From contig NC_058368.1 in the NCBI RefSeq assembly GCF_018350175.1, forward strand, positions 209,624,001 to 209,688,000: a stretch of 64,000 nucleotides of DNA. Direction: 5' to 3'. Source of the stretch: Felis catus. Taxonomy: Eukaryota. The notes below the pieces were generated by a model. It worked only from the letters and a program-made list of their open reading frames with translations, did not search any database and was not told the DNA's origin. The number at the start of each line of letters is the position of its first letter. Position 1 is the first letter of the stretch. The position numbers and the translations under genes are program-made. Positions 37,833-49,689 of the stretch are shown here, in pieces.

Positions 37833-38623
37833 AATTATAAGGGCCCTGACCTCCACCCCCCACATGCACACACACCAATTTCTGTACTCTGGCCCTTTAT
37901 AGATACACTTACATGCTACAGATAACTTTATGAAAGATTTGTGAAACCTGAAAAAAAAATCTAGGGAACAACCAAGTTTATTACAGAGTTCTAGAGAAGG
38001 GCACTACTTTACACATTCACCCTCCACAACACTAGAAGCCCACAAACTAGTGATGATTGTTTTTAGGTTTCTGTAAATGGGCTTGCTGGAGGACAGTTGA
38101 TTGGTAGATCACATGATCATACTCATACTGAGCCAATTAGCTTTGCTCTCTTCCTGAATCACAAACTACTTCTTTATCCTGTCTGCCCTCTTTCTTGCAA
38201 AATACTTGCTAAATTAAAGTCTGTGAGAATTTGGTTGGCCAAATCCAGCACTACTGGAAAAGTTCATTCACCACATATTTATTGGGCACAAAATGTGTGC
38301 CACGCACGGTGATTCAAAAGGTGCATGTTTCTGAGGCTTTGTATAAAGGACCTCATATGGCTGCTTTGCTTGCTATTCATTTATGCTGTCAAGCAAAGCA
38401 AATGCTAGGGAGATTTATTTTTACAGTTTCCTTCTGAAGAAAAGATTCATTGAAAGCTTAGGTCATGGATAGAGTGGATATTTTAATTCACCTTTTAGTT
38501 TGCTGTTCATTACATTTACCTTATGCTAGCACTGGATATACCAATAACTTATGATTTTTCAAAACTGAAAAAAATTGAGGATTTTTATTTCCTATTATTG
38601 CCTGGGATAATAGACGTTTTAAT

Positions 38624-38845
38624 GGGGTGCCTGGGTGGCTCAGTTGGTTAAGTGACCAACTTCAGCTCGGGTCATGATCTCGCAGTTTGTGAATTTGAGC
38701 CCCGCGTCGGGCTCTGTGCTGACAGCTCAGAGCCTGGAGCCTACTTCCGATTCTGTGTTTCCCCCTCTCTCTACCCCTCCCCTGCTCACGCTCTCTGTCT
38801 CTGTCTCTCAATAATAAATAAACATTAAAAAAAAATTTTTTTTAA
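38624..38845 (+). mobile_element. Feline Can-SINE
   Basis: Full head, linker and tail. Confidence 0.92.
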
Positions 38846-40796
38846 ATAGGCCTTTTAAAATAAGTAAGTACACCAGTAAACTAGAAACTATACAGTAAGA
38901 TTTTAGCCATGATATCCCAAATAATATTTCATGTGTTGAATTTTTGGAGGAGAAAAGACAGTCTTTATAACCATTAATACAAATAATTATATATTGTTTG
39001 GTAAATCCAACAGTCTGTTCATTGTAAGTTTACCCATTAATTTTAAGAACAGCTTTAAGTAATATACAGATGGCTCAGAATATGTTTTTCACTCAGTTTC
39101 AAAATAGTATTTCAATTTGCTTAATGAAGCACAATTATCTTCCTATATACTTTCTTAAATGTTACTGGTGAAGTTATAATTTTGCATGTCTAGGAAACAA
39201 AAGTCTTGGCATTATTGTAGCATTTAATTTAAAATTTCAGATATGTTATTTTTCACTTTCTTCCCTCATGTATTAAAGACGTACTAGGTGCTAATTAACT
39301 TTATGATAAGCACCTCTTACGTACATTAGTGAATAAAAAAAGGTCTCTACCTTTAAGGGTTTTAAGTTGTATGTAGTTTATATTAATTTTTTTCCAGACC
39401 ACAGAATTAAAGAAATTGTTTCAATGCATATCAGAATATTTTTCTATTAAATCAGTTAGTGTTCTGCTTGCCTAAATTTAAGTATCCAAGTTAAGATCGT
39501 GTGTAGAATCTCTTAATCTAATCTTAGAGTTTTCTTGATTTGTCCTGTTTCTTGGTTTTGTTTTTTTTCCTTAATTATTTTGATCATCACCATTCATTCA
39601 TTTTGCTTTTACATTTTTAAATCTTTATGTCCAAAATCAGTTGGCTTTATATTTCATTGTAATATCCTTGGTTTGTCAATAGTTTGTAGATAGCCCAGTA
39701 AACCCTTAATCTGACCTAATATTGTCCCCTTGCTTTAAGTACTGAGTTGCATTAATTTTATTTATTCATTTTATATTCTTGGATATTCTCATATGTATTC
39801 TTGGTCAATAAATTGTATAAGATTTAATAAAATATTTTAAATGGATTTTAACTATTAAATATTAATATCAGCAGGAATTGGTACAATTGAGAAATTATGA
39901 ATTGTTATTTTTTGGAAAACATCTTCAAGATAAGTACAATTTGCCATAAAATGATAGAAGTGAAAAATTTTAGAAAATCATTTTTTAAAAGAAAAGTAAA
40001 GAACATGTAGTGTGTATGTGTTTTGTAGACTATTTCACACTATCAAAATTATTTCATATTTAGGATAAATAGTTACTTTTAGGGTGATTTAGATCGTAAG
40101 AAACTTTAGTGAAGAGTTTGTAATAGATGTTTATTTGAGGGTGAGCTAAAAAATATCAAACAATAGTCTGTAAATATGTTCCTATTTCAAGTTTTCAAAG
40201 TAAATACCTCAGTCAAATTTGTAAGAGTATCTATGAAGGTTATTTAACATATTTTATCCATTTTTGTTAAGATAATAGAAATTAATGGTCTTTCCCAGTG
40301 ACTGACTTCATCTTGGCCTCTGAAGAACAAGTTTTGTCCTGTCATTCGTTAATCCTTCTTACCTAAGGATTGTCTTTAAATTCATAGATTTTATTATTCA
40401 TGCCATCCACTTATAATCCTATGACTTTCCTATATTTATATTGTTGTGTATCTATACTTCATACTCCAAATAAAAGTAACTAATTTTACTACATTGCAGT
40501 TTTGTAATGTGCATTGCATAGGGTAAGGCCCTTAAAAAATGCATGTCTGAAATATGATTTCATTATTTAGGGTCATCACATCTTCATGAAGGCCTAATCT
40601 TAATGGAACCAATACATATGCTGAATGTGAGCCAGATAATTAAACTACACATGCATTTTAATCCTAAACCAACCTGGAATAACAGATTAAAAATTACTTT
40701 AGGAAGGGAGAATACAAAATCCATTAAAAACTCAGTAGCTAAAATAAGTATGAAGGGAGTGCTTACGATGCTCTTTTAAAAGCATCTCCATTAGAC

Positions 40797-41035
40797 CAGT
40801 GTTTTAAAACTGGGTCACGTACCATTACAGGTCATGAAATTTAGTGGGTTGTGACTAGCATTTTTTATTTAAAAGAGAGAAAAGAACAGAATCTAAGAGT
40901 ACCATCACACATGGTAAAGTCTGTATTTTTAAATAAGCATTCATTCCATTTTTGTGTGTGCATGTGCTGAGTTGCCATGTAAAATATATTTCTTATTGTA
41001 GGTTATAGGCCGAAAAAAGTACATTTTTTAAAAAA
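40797..41035. mobile_element. hAT-Charlie-type non-autonomous DNA transposon relic
   Basis: CAGTGTTTTAAAACTGGGTC...TTAGTGGGTTGTGACTAGCATTT...ATGTAAAATATATTTCTTATTGTAGG; family recognised, subfamily uncertain. Confidence 0.55.
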
Positions 41036-41210
41036 CCTACAGTTCAGGTTGTCCTTTACTTCGCCTCCTTAGAAAATGAAAAAGAATGCTAGACAGTTCT
41101 GATTGCCTATGTAGTGAGGAATTTTAGAGGAGGTGCTAGGGTATCTTACAAGAGGTTTCAGAAAGGTGATCTTAAGGTAAAGGGTAGGTAATATACCATG
41201 TAGAAATGTT

Positions 41211-41412
41211 AGGGGTGCCCAGGTGGCTCAGTTACATCCGACTCTTGGTATCGGCTCAGGTCACGATCTCATGGTTTGTGAGGTTGAGCCCTGCATCAGG
41301 CTTTGTGCTGACAGTGAGGAACCTGCTTGGGATTCTCTCTCTCTCTTCCTCTCTCTGCCCCTACCCCACTGGCACTGTCTCTATCTCTCTCTAAATAAAT
41401 AAACTTAAAAAA
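41211..41412 (+). mobile_element. Can-SINE
   Basis: TSD AGAAATGTTA. Confidence 0.88.
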
Positions 41413-41761
41413 AGAAATGTTAAATATGGTTGACGTTGTAAGAAGGAATCAATTTCCTAGTAGATTGGTGTGTTTAGATCTATAACTATTTTCTTCCTTA
41501 TTGGCTATAGTACATTTTCTAATCTCAAATGCCCAATACAGCAAAATAAAATAAGGCAAAAGATATTTCTATTTCTTCCTACCTTCTCTTCGATCTTAAA
41601 ACAAGTGTTTCTTAAGTAGCCATAGGAATGCAAAGAAAGCTGACCTTCACAGAGCAATTATAAGAACAAGTTATTCTCTGAAAATGGTAGAAACTCCTCT
41701 TCCCTTCAAAAAATAACCAAACTGAAGGCTTTTCTCTCTAGCCCAAGTACATATATATATA

Positions 41762-41968
41762 TTTTTTTAACGTTTATTTATTTTTGAGAGACACCGAGGG
41801 ACAGAACGAGCAGGGGAGGGGAGAGAGAGAGGGAGACACAGAATTTGAAGCAGGCTCCAGGCTCCGGAGCTGTCAGCACAGAGCCCGATGCAGGGCTCGA
41901 ACCCACGAACCGCGAGATCATGACCTGAGCTGAAGTCACCTGCTTAACCGACTGAGCCACTCAGGCGC
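41762..41968 (-). mobile_element. Feline Can-SINE
   Basis: Reverse SINE motifs; flanked by CATATATATA. Confidence 0.9.
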
Positions 41969-41985
41969 TACCATATATATAGATG

Positions 41986-41986
<1 letters not shown>

Positions 41987-42034
<48 letters not shown>
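41987..42034 (+). repeat. (AGAT)~12 tetranucleotide microsatellite
   Basis: Direct reading. Confidence 0.95.
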
Positions 42035-42212
42035 TTAATTTTATTTTAGAGACAGCACAAGTAGGGGAGACGGGCAGAGGGAGAGAAAATCTTAAGCAGG
42101 CTGCATGCTCACTTTGCAGCCTAAAGCAGGGCTGATCCCATGACCCTGGGATCATGACCTAAGCCAAAATCAAGAGTTGGATGCTCAACCGACTAAGCCA
42201 CCCAGGCACCTC
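42035..42212 (-). mobile_element. Can-SINE
   Basis: AATCAAGAGTTGGATGCTCAACCGACTAAGCCACCCAGGCACC. Confidence 0.85.
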
Positions 42213-42285
42213 CAAGTAAATAATTTATCAAATAGTTAACCTTAATTTGCCATCCAATTCACTATATATTTAAATAAATGTACTT

Positions 42286-42500
42286 AGGGGCACCTGGGTG
42301 GCTTAGTCAGTTAAGTGTCTGACTTTGGCTTAGGTCATGATTTCCTAGTTCCTGGGTTTGAGCCCCATATCGGGCTCTGTGCTGACATCTCAGAGCCTAG
42401 CCTACTTCCAATTCTGTCTCGCTCTAGCTCTCTCGCTCTCACTCTCTGTCCCTCCCCCGCTTGTGCTCTGTCTCTCTCTCTCAAATAAACATTAAAAAAA
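42286..42500 (+). mobile_element. Can-SINE
   Basis: TSD AAATAAATGTACTTA. Confidence 0.9.
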
Positions 42501-42946
42501 ATTTAAATAAATGTACTTAAAATTCTGTACAGAATTCAAAGGGAAATTTTAAGAGAATTATGTATAGATTTGAAAGGAGGCAATATGCTGTATAAATAAG
42601 ATGAAAAGTAACTATCAGAAAATAAGGATTATGTTACGCTGATATTTCTTAATAGGATTTAGGCATTTCGATAAAATTTAAACATCACTGTTTCGCTGGA
42701 TTTCAGTATAAATTTCAGTATTCACAAATCTAAGAGCATTAATAAAAGTTTTTTTTCCAAACATATGATGCCAGCTCCCTTCAATTATAGATACTTAAGA
42801 CCTAGTCTGGTTAAAACCTTAACACAAAATTCAGAAAAATAACCTAAGAATCTCTAATTTGATTACTGAACCACAGCTTGTATCTCACCAAATATGTCAC
42901 CAAATGCAATACATATCCTGTTGAACTAAGAAAGCAATTATATTAC

Positions 42947-42965
42947 TAGCCAGCAGAGGGAGCCA
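42947..42965 (+). promoter_or_regulatory. Candidate CTCF site
   Basis: TAGCCAGCAGAGGGAGCCA closely matches the CTCF core (TGGCCASYAGRKGGCRSYR) and lies in unique AT-rich sequence. Confidence 0.6.
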
Positions 42966-43989
42966 AGTCAGTCCTGAAAGGTAGGATTACAAAGAAAGAC
43001 CACATGACTTCCTGTTTGTTTGTTTGACTGTTTGGCAGCTGTTCTCTTTTTTAGTTTAGTCTAGGCAAAGCCAAGTAAAAGGAGAGAAAGGCTACGAGAT
43101 ATGGATAGGGTGGCAATTTTAACTGTCAAAATTACCTTGCATGAAGCCAACTGAAAGAAAACACTTCTGCTTCAATGAAGGACAACCCAGGGAGGAATGT
43201 GTGGCATAAAAGAGAATTCTTTAAAAACCAGGTATTGAAAGTTGAATAAGTAAAATACTTATTCAACAGTAAGATACTGATTTTCTTTCTAATACAGGTG
43301 ATGAAACTAATGTGGATCAGAACAAAGCAATTAAGCAGAGGAAATTCAAGTAGAAATATGAAAGTGGAAATGTCTCCGTATTATAACCTAAGATGGAAAA
43401 CCATAGAAAACATTACCTTAGGGCCACAATGAATTACAAGCCAGATGTAACAGTGAACCATTTCTTAATAAATCCATTTTTATCTAAAGCTGAAATTAGG
43501 CTCTAACTAGACACATTTTAAAATTGTAAAGTTGGTGCTGATAAGCAGATTGACCTTACATTAGATTTGCTTTGAAAATCAAAGAAGCAAGGAATAAATT
43601 TTAAAAAAAAAATGATTACAGCAAAATAATATAATGAGATAGTTTTTCACTTTAGAAAATAGAATTGTTTCCACTACCCTTTATAAAAACAACAAAAAGT
43701 GGTATCTGTTTTGTGACAGAAGTTTGGAGGAATATAGTTGCTAAATGGTTATTTGTACTGTCAGCTTATTTAGTATTTTCTAAGAACCTCAAAATGCCTG
43801 ATACAGTGATTATTTGAAATAAAATTGTAAAAGCTGGGTGTTAGCTAACTGGATCAAAGTAAAAAACTTAAAAACCCAAACAATTTTAGTCAAATAATTA
43901 AATAATGCTAGGTTAGCCGCTTACTAATTGCAAGGTTTGTGGAAACATACTCTCCGAAGCACAGAAGAACAATGGATTCAGGCAAATTT

Positions 43990-44217
43990 TGAATTTTTTT
44001 TTTAACATTTATTCATTTTTGAGAGAGAGACAGACAGAGCATGAGGGGGCGAGGGGCAGAGAGAGAGGGAGACCCAGAATCAGAAGCAGACTCCAGGCTC
44101 TGAGCTGCCAGCCCAGAGCCCGACACGAGGCTGGAACTCATGGACTGGAGTTCCATGGCTGGATCATGCCCTGAGCCGAAGTCGGATGCTCAACCGACTG
44201 AGCCACCCAGGCACCCC
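43990..44217 (-). mobile_element. Feline Can-SINE
   Basis: TSD AGGCAAATTTT. Confidence 0.9.
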
Positions 44218-45812
44218 TAGGCAAATTTTAGTTATAGGTACATTTACTTATGTGTGTATCATTCCAAATGTGTACTTCTTGAATACTAACTCCAGAAGAC
44301 ATGGAGCATATATTCAATTATGAACTAGACAAAATTTTTGTTGAAAGATTTAATCTCATTAAAATATATAAGCAGAAATTTAATATGTAACCCATTGAAT
44401 CCAAGGAAATGGTACTTAGAAGCAAATCATTTACTATTGAGCACTAGCAGGTAGGTTGTACACTTTATAGGTCAGTTCTTTTATAATGCTACATTACAAT
44501 ATACTGACATACGTATTGGCATCTGGTATCAAATCAGTTAATCGTGGCAATGATATCCAAGAAATAAAATTCATCTGATGGCAGCCTTAGAAACATTTTG
44601 ATGCCAAAAAAAGCAATTCAATCGGTATTACTTCTAAGTATGTGCTGCTTTTATACACAAGTTGTGATAAATATAGGCTATTAGAATTATATAAACAGGC
44701 TGACCTTTCTAATTATATTTTAAATTTTGTTAATGTTCCCACCCATGAAAAAATACTATAAGGATCTTTTCAAAATTACATTAATAGGTGGCAGTAGCTT
44801 TGCCATGAACCATTTCTTTATTGATGAGAATAATGGGCTAATTCATCAAGTTCCAATAAAAACTATTAACTTTGTGACCAAAGTCAACATTATAAAATTA
44901 AAATATGTAGTATAAGTTTTTCCTTTTTATATAGCTTTTATTCAATAGTCTAAGTCTCTGATTATAATAATAAAACCAAACAAAGCAAGGAAAGAAAATA
45001 GTTCATTACTTGTCCTACTCCAGAGTAGAGAATGATGACAGATTAGTAAAAGCAAGAAAGCAACTTCCAGTGAACAAAATCAGGTTTAGTAAAGGATTTT
45101 GCTCTCCCTAAAAAATTAAATACAAAATTTTAGTCAGAGATTTATACCCACATGTGAATACTGTTTTCAATACTGCTCTTTATTTACACTTTTGAAATGT
45201 TTTATTTTCCCTTTGAAAAAACAGCACCAGAGTCCAAGTTGCTTTGATAGTCCTGTTTCTAATTTATTAGCTTCTTTCTGTCTTACACTGTTGAATTTTG
45301 TATCTTCTAAAGCACCTCTCTGGTACCACTTTCTCAGTGTTGGCTTTCTAATTCTACCATCAACATACAGTACCTTTCTCAAATATATTCAGATGGTTCT
45401 TCATGATCATGTCCATGAAAACTATGTAACTTCTGCTTGATTGAAGGGGAAATAACTTTCATTATGAATTTAGAAGAGCTATAGTAATACTTGATAATAC
45501 TTCATATATACAAAAGTATTTTTAATTTGAAAACGTTATTCACATCTTACAGGCTTCCTGTAAAAATGTTGGAATATCTATTCTAGGAGCCTAGAATTGA
45601 TAAAGATTTCACGTATAATCTTGTACTTACATGAAATCTTGTGAGCTTTAATTGTACCTACAACACTGCTGTGAAAACAGCAGAGTTGTGAAATCTGGCT
45701 CTTTAAGAAATGCTCACCAGAAAACTGATTTGAAACTATTCTATGATGTAATTATTATGTTCAATATAATAAAAGTATGACCTCTGAATAAATGAGTCTC
45801 TAATTCTCTCTA

Positions 45813-46016
45813 TTTTTTTAAAGTTTATTTACTTTTGAGAGAGAGCAAGCACAAGTTGGGGAGCGGCAGAGGGAAAGGGAGAGAAAGAATCCCAAGCAGG
45901 CTCCATGCTGTCAGTGCAGAGCCTGACACAGCGCTCAATCCCACGAACCATGAGATCATGACCTGAGCCAAAACCAAGAGTTGAACGCTTAACCAACTGA
46001 GCTACCCAGGTGCCCC
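45813..46016 (-). mobile_element. Can-SINE
   Basis: Reverse SINE motifs; imperfect TSD CTCTCTAT...TTTT. Confidence 0.88.
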
Positions 46017-46489
46017 TCTCTATATTTTTAGAATATTATTGTATTCTAAGAGTATCAGAAGATAATGTGCTTCTTTTCTTTAGATTTAGTTTTAATTAAA
46101 ATGAAATAGACTACCAGGAGGCATGTCTATTAGCCTTGGATTGTCAGGTGTTAATAAGTTCTGGGCAAGTCCAGAGCAGTGAGTGGATGGGTGGATGCTT
46201 GTAGAGCTGCTGGGGCAATCAGGGCAAGCAAGCAAGGTCACATAGTCCTGTAAAGGGTCTGTAGTTCTCCCTTCTGTTCACTCTCCCTGACTCTCAATTC
46301 TGCTCAGGAGCCCAGGTTCCATCACAGGATACTATCAGTCTCACCATATAAATAAAGATTTTTACTTTTTTTTTTTTTAACTGAAGTATAGTTGATATAC
46401 AATGTCTTAAATTTTGAATTTATTTATCCAAAATTGGGGGATAAGTTGTTCTTCACTTATGAATGCACAACATTTTTATTATTATAAAC

Positions 46490-47770
46490 TATAGATCATT
46501 CAACAAGCATGTGCCCAGCACCTATGTACTGTAAACAGTGAATACAAATGAGTAACCTGTCTCTTAGAACTCAGCCCAGAGGAGGACTAAATCAAGTACA
46601 TTTAAAAGAGTGAGATAAATGACCAAGAGTTGTATCAAAAATGCTATGAAAATAAGAAATAAATAAATAAAAAGTGCTTTGAAAGTACCAAAGATACCTG
46701 AAGTCTTGAGAAAAGCTTCACAGGATGGGTCAACTTTGAACATTAGTGAAGGATAAACAATCTTTCCAGGCAGGGAAAGACAGGAAGGATGGAAATCAAC
46801 CATTCTAAAGAACAAAAGGAAAACAGAAAAGGACAGATGCATGAAAGTTCCTTATATCTTATAATCTGAAAATTGGTTTGGTTAGAATGCAGATTTTGAA
46901 AGGAGGATGGGATCTCCTACTCTAGCATAAATTGGGTTTTGCCTCACACTTAACAGGTAAACAAAGAATCTTACATCCAAGATAATATAAAATTTGCATT
47001 TTAGAATAACTCTGCAAATTCACATTAAAAAGAAGTACCTACTACATTAGGAAAAAAACCCAAAGATAATACTTAGTGAAAGTGTGGTGAACCCAGAAGT
47101 TTCATGCAATTTAAAAACATGTATCCATATTTTTATTCATACTGTGTATTCATACTCTGACACAATACTTTTTCATCTGGACTCTTGATATAGCTATATT
47201 TTGTAATTTCAATTGAAACAGAAAGAAGCTTAGGCAACTGAATGAAGGAAGGCTGGAATGTGAATGAGGCTGGAGAAATATGAATCAAAAAGAAAGCTAA
47301 TGTAGTTGTTTAAGTGAGCTAATGTAGTTAGTTGTTTAAGTGGAAAGGAGGAGGTAAATTTAAAAGATAAAGTAGAATCTAGGACTTGTTGAATCAATGA
47401 AGATGTAAGGTAAGAGAAAGTGGGGAGGGGAGGGCTCAAATATTACCGATAATTCAGGTTTAGTTCTCTAGATGGACTCTCGTGTTATTAAATGAAATAG
47501 ACTTACAGGAGAAAGTGTAGGCTGAGAGCAGGAAAAGTACAAATAAGTCAGTTTGGGGTCAGTTAAATTTGACTTGCCTATTAGACTCCCTGTTAGAAAT
47601 ATCTGGTAGGCAGTTGAAAACATGTATAATACTTAGAAGACAGAGCTAAAGATATGAGAGTCATCTTCATATAGATGATAGTTGAAGCCACAGAGTGGAA
47701 GCCAGGGAGAGTTATAAAATGAGAAAGAGCCAAAGAATTATAAGGAGCACTAAGGAAAAAGCAAGCTACC
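46490..47770 (-). mobile_element. Interrupted LINE-2 fragments
   Basis: CATTCAACAAGCAT...AGCACCTATG end and a purine-rich body (GAGTCATCTTCATATAGATGATAGTTGAAGCC). Confidence 0.5.
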
Positions 47771-47957
47771 AAAGTTTGCTATGGTTTAATAATCTAGTAC
47801 TTTCCCCCCTAAAATATCTGAAAAGAACCCTTTTTATTTACAAGACATTTAGTTAAATATTATAACAAAAGCTTGGCTCTAAAATCAATAACCTATAAAA
47901 TGTTACTTTATCTAATTCTAGAAGTTATTCAATTACTGTCTCTCTTACTTTAAAAGA

Positions 47958-48169
47958 ATTTTTTTTTTTTAATGTGTGTTCATTTTTGAGAAAGAAAGAC
48001 ACAGCATGAGCAGGGGACGCGCAGAGAGACAGAGGGAGACACAATGCAAAGCAGGCTCCAAGCTCTGAGCTGTCAGCATAGAGCTGGACACGGGGCTCGA
48101 ACTCAAGGCTGTGAGATGACAACCTGAGCCAAAATCGTACACTTAACTGACTGAGCCACCCAGGCACCC
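47958..48169 (-). mobile_element. Can-SINE
   Basis: TSD TCTCTTACTTTT. Confidence 0.88.
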
Positions 48170-48506
48170 GTCTCTTACTTTTTACTTGAAAATGGGAGAG
48201 TAGTAGAACAGGTGGATTTCCTAAAAGAATAGAAAAGGTTAATGACATTTTATTTTTAAGCAGCAAATTCTTAACATTACATAATACTTACAACCCAGAT
48301 CTAGAATGTTTAGTTATAGCTTTCAAACTTTCCAAGGAGTTTCTGTCCATATTAGTCCCAAGGTGCCACTCCAATCCAATCCACACTCCTACCTGACTGT
48401 TCTTGCTGCTTCACTTAAATCATTCCTTTTTAACCCCCATTTATCTTACCACTAACCCTCTCATAATATCTATCCAGTCACCATTGGTTTGTAATGTTCC
48501 CACACA

Positions 48507-48568
48507 TTTTTTTAAATTGTTATTTATTTTTGAGACAGAGAGAGACAGAGTGTGAGCGGGGAAGGGGC

Positions 48569-48612
<44 letters not shown>

Positions 48613-48740
48613 GGAGGCACAGGTTCCAGGCTCTGGGCTGCCAGCACAGAGCCCAACGCGGGGCTTGAACTCAGTGACTACGAGATCATAACCTGAGCCA
48701 AAGTTGGATGCTTAACCGACTGAGCCACCCAGGAGCTCCC
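48507..48740 (-). mobile_element. Can-SINE
   Basis: Reverse SINE motifs with (GA)n. Confidence 0.88.
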
Positions 48741-48778
48741 CCCCTCCCACATTTTGATTCCTTTAAAAGCCAAGGGTA

Positions 48779-49025
48779 GGGGCACCTGGGTGGCTCAGTC
48801 AGTTAAGCGTCTGACTTCGGTTCAGACTTCGGCTCAGGTCATGATCTCGCGGTGGCTCGTGAGTTCGAGGCCCGCGTTGGGCTCTTGTTGACAGCTCGGA
48901 GCCTGGAACCTGATTCAGATTCTGTGTCTCCCTCTCTCTCTCTGCCCCTCCCCCACTTGTGTGCGTGCTCTTTCTCTCTCTTTATCTCTCTCTCTCTCAA
49001 AAATAAATAAGCACTAAAAAATTTT
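48779..49025 (+). mobile_element. Can-SINE
   Basis: Full structure; small internal duplication GACTTCGG(T/C)TCA. Confidence 0.9.
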
Positions 49026-49406
49026 TTTTAAAGTCAAGGATAATATCACAGTTTTCGTTATTCCTGTCACCTACTAGTAAGACAGAAACTAACATAGCAT
49101 GGAACAAAAACTATGTAAAACATAACATATTCCAGAGATATCCACGTTTTTCAATAGTGAACCATAACTGTCAGAAATCTATGTCTATGGGCCACATACA
49201 TTTTAAATCATAACAACAATGGAATTCTAGTCATTAAACTGTTCAAAAGTATTTGGTTTCATAGTGTCCAAATAGCTTAATCAGTTTTATTCATAAAAAG
49301 GTGCACAATTATGGGCCAATTACTAGTCTTCAATCAATTTTGAAAAATCGATGAAGATATTATTATACAACAGACCAACCTCTGCTCAAGAATGAAGGGC
49401 TGTTGG

Positions 49407-49653
49407 AGGCACCTGGGTGGCTCAGTCAGTTAATCTGATTCTTGATTTCACCTCAGGTTATGATCTCACAGTTCGTGAGTTCAAACCCCACATAGGGCTC
49501 CACACTGACAGTGGGAAACCTGCTTAGTATTCTTTCTCTTTCCCTCTCTCTCTGCCCCTTCCCCACTTGAGCATGCTCTCTCTCTCTCTCTCTCTCTCTC
49601 TTACTTTCTCTCTCTCTCTCCCTTTCAAAATAAATAAAACTTAAAAAAAAAAA
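49407..49653 (+). mobile_element. Can-SINE
   Basis: Head, (CT)n linker, A tail; imperfect TSD AAGAATGAAG. Confidence 0.88.
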
Positions 49654-49689
49654 AGAATGAAGATCTGTGACATCTGGTACTGGTACTGT

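Larger units (their letters stand above)
36200..41500 (+). ncRNA. NIPBL-DT: Probable orthologous region of the divergent lncRNA NIPBL-DT (NIPBL-AS1); boundaries inferred only by analogy to human
   Basis: Head-to-head with NIPBL exon 1 in the same CpG island; human has a ~5 kb divergent lncRNA here. Transcription cannot be shown from sequence alone. Confidence 0.35.
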
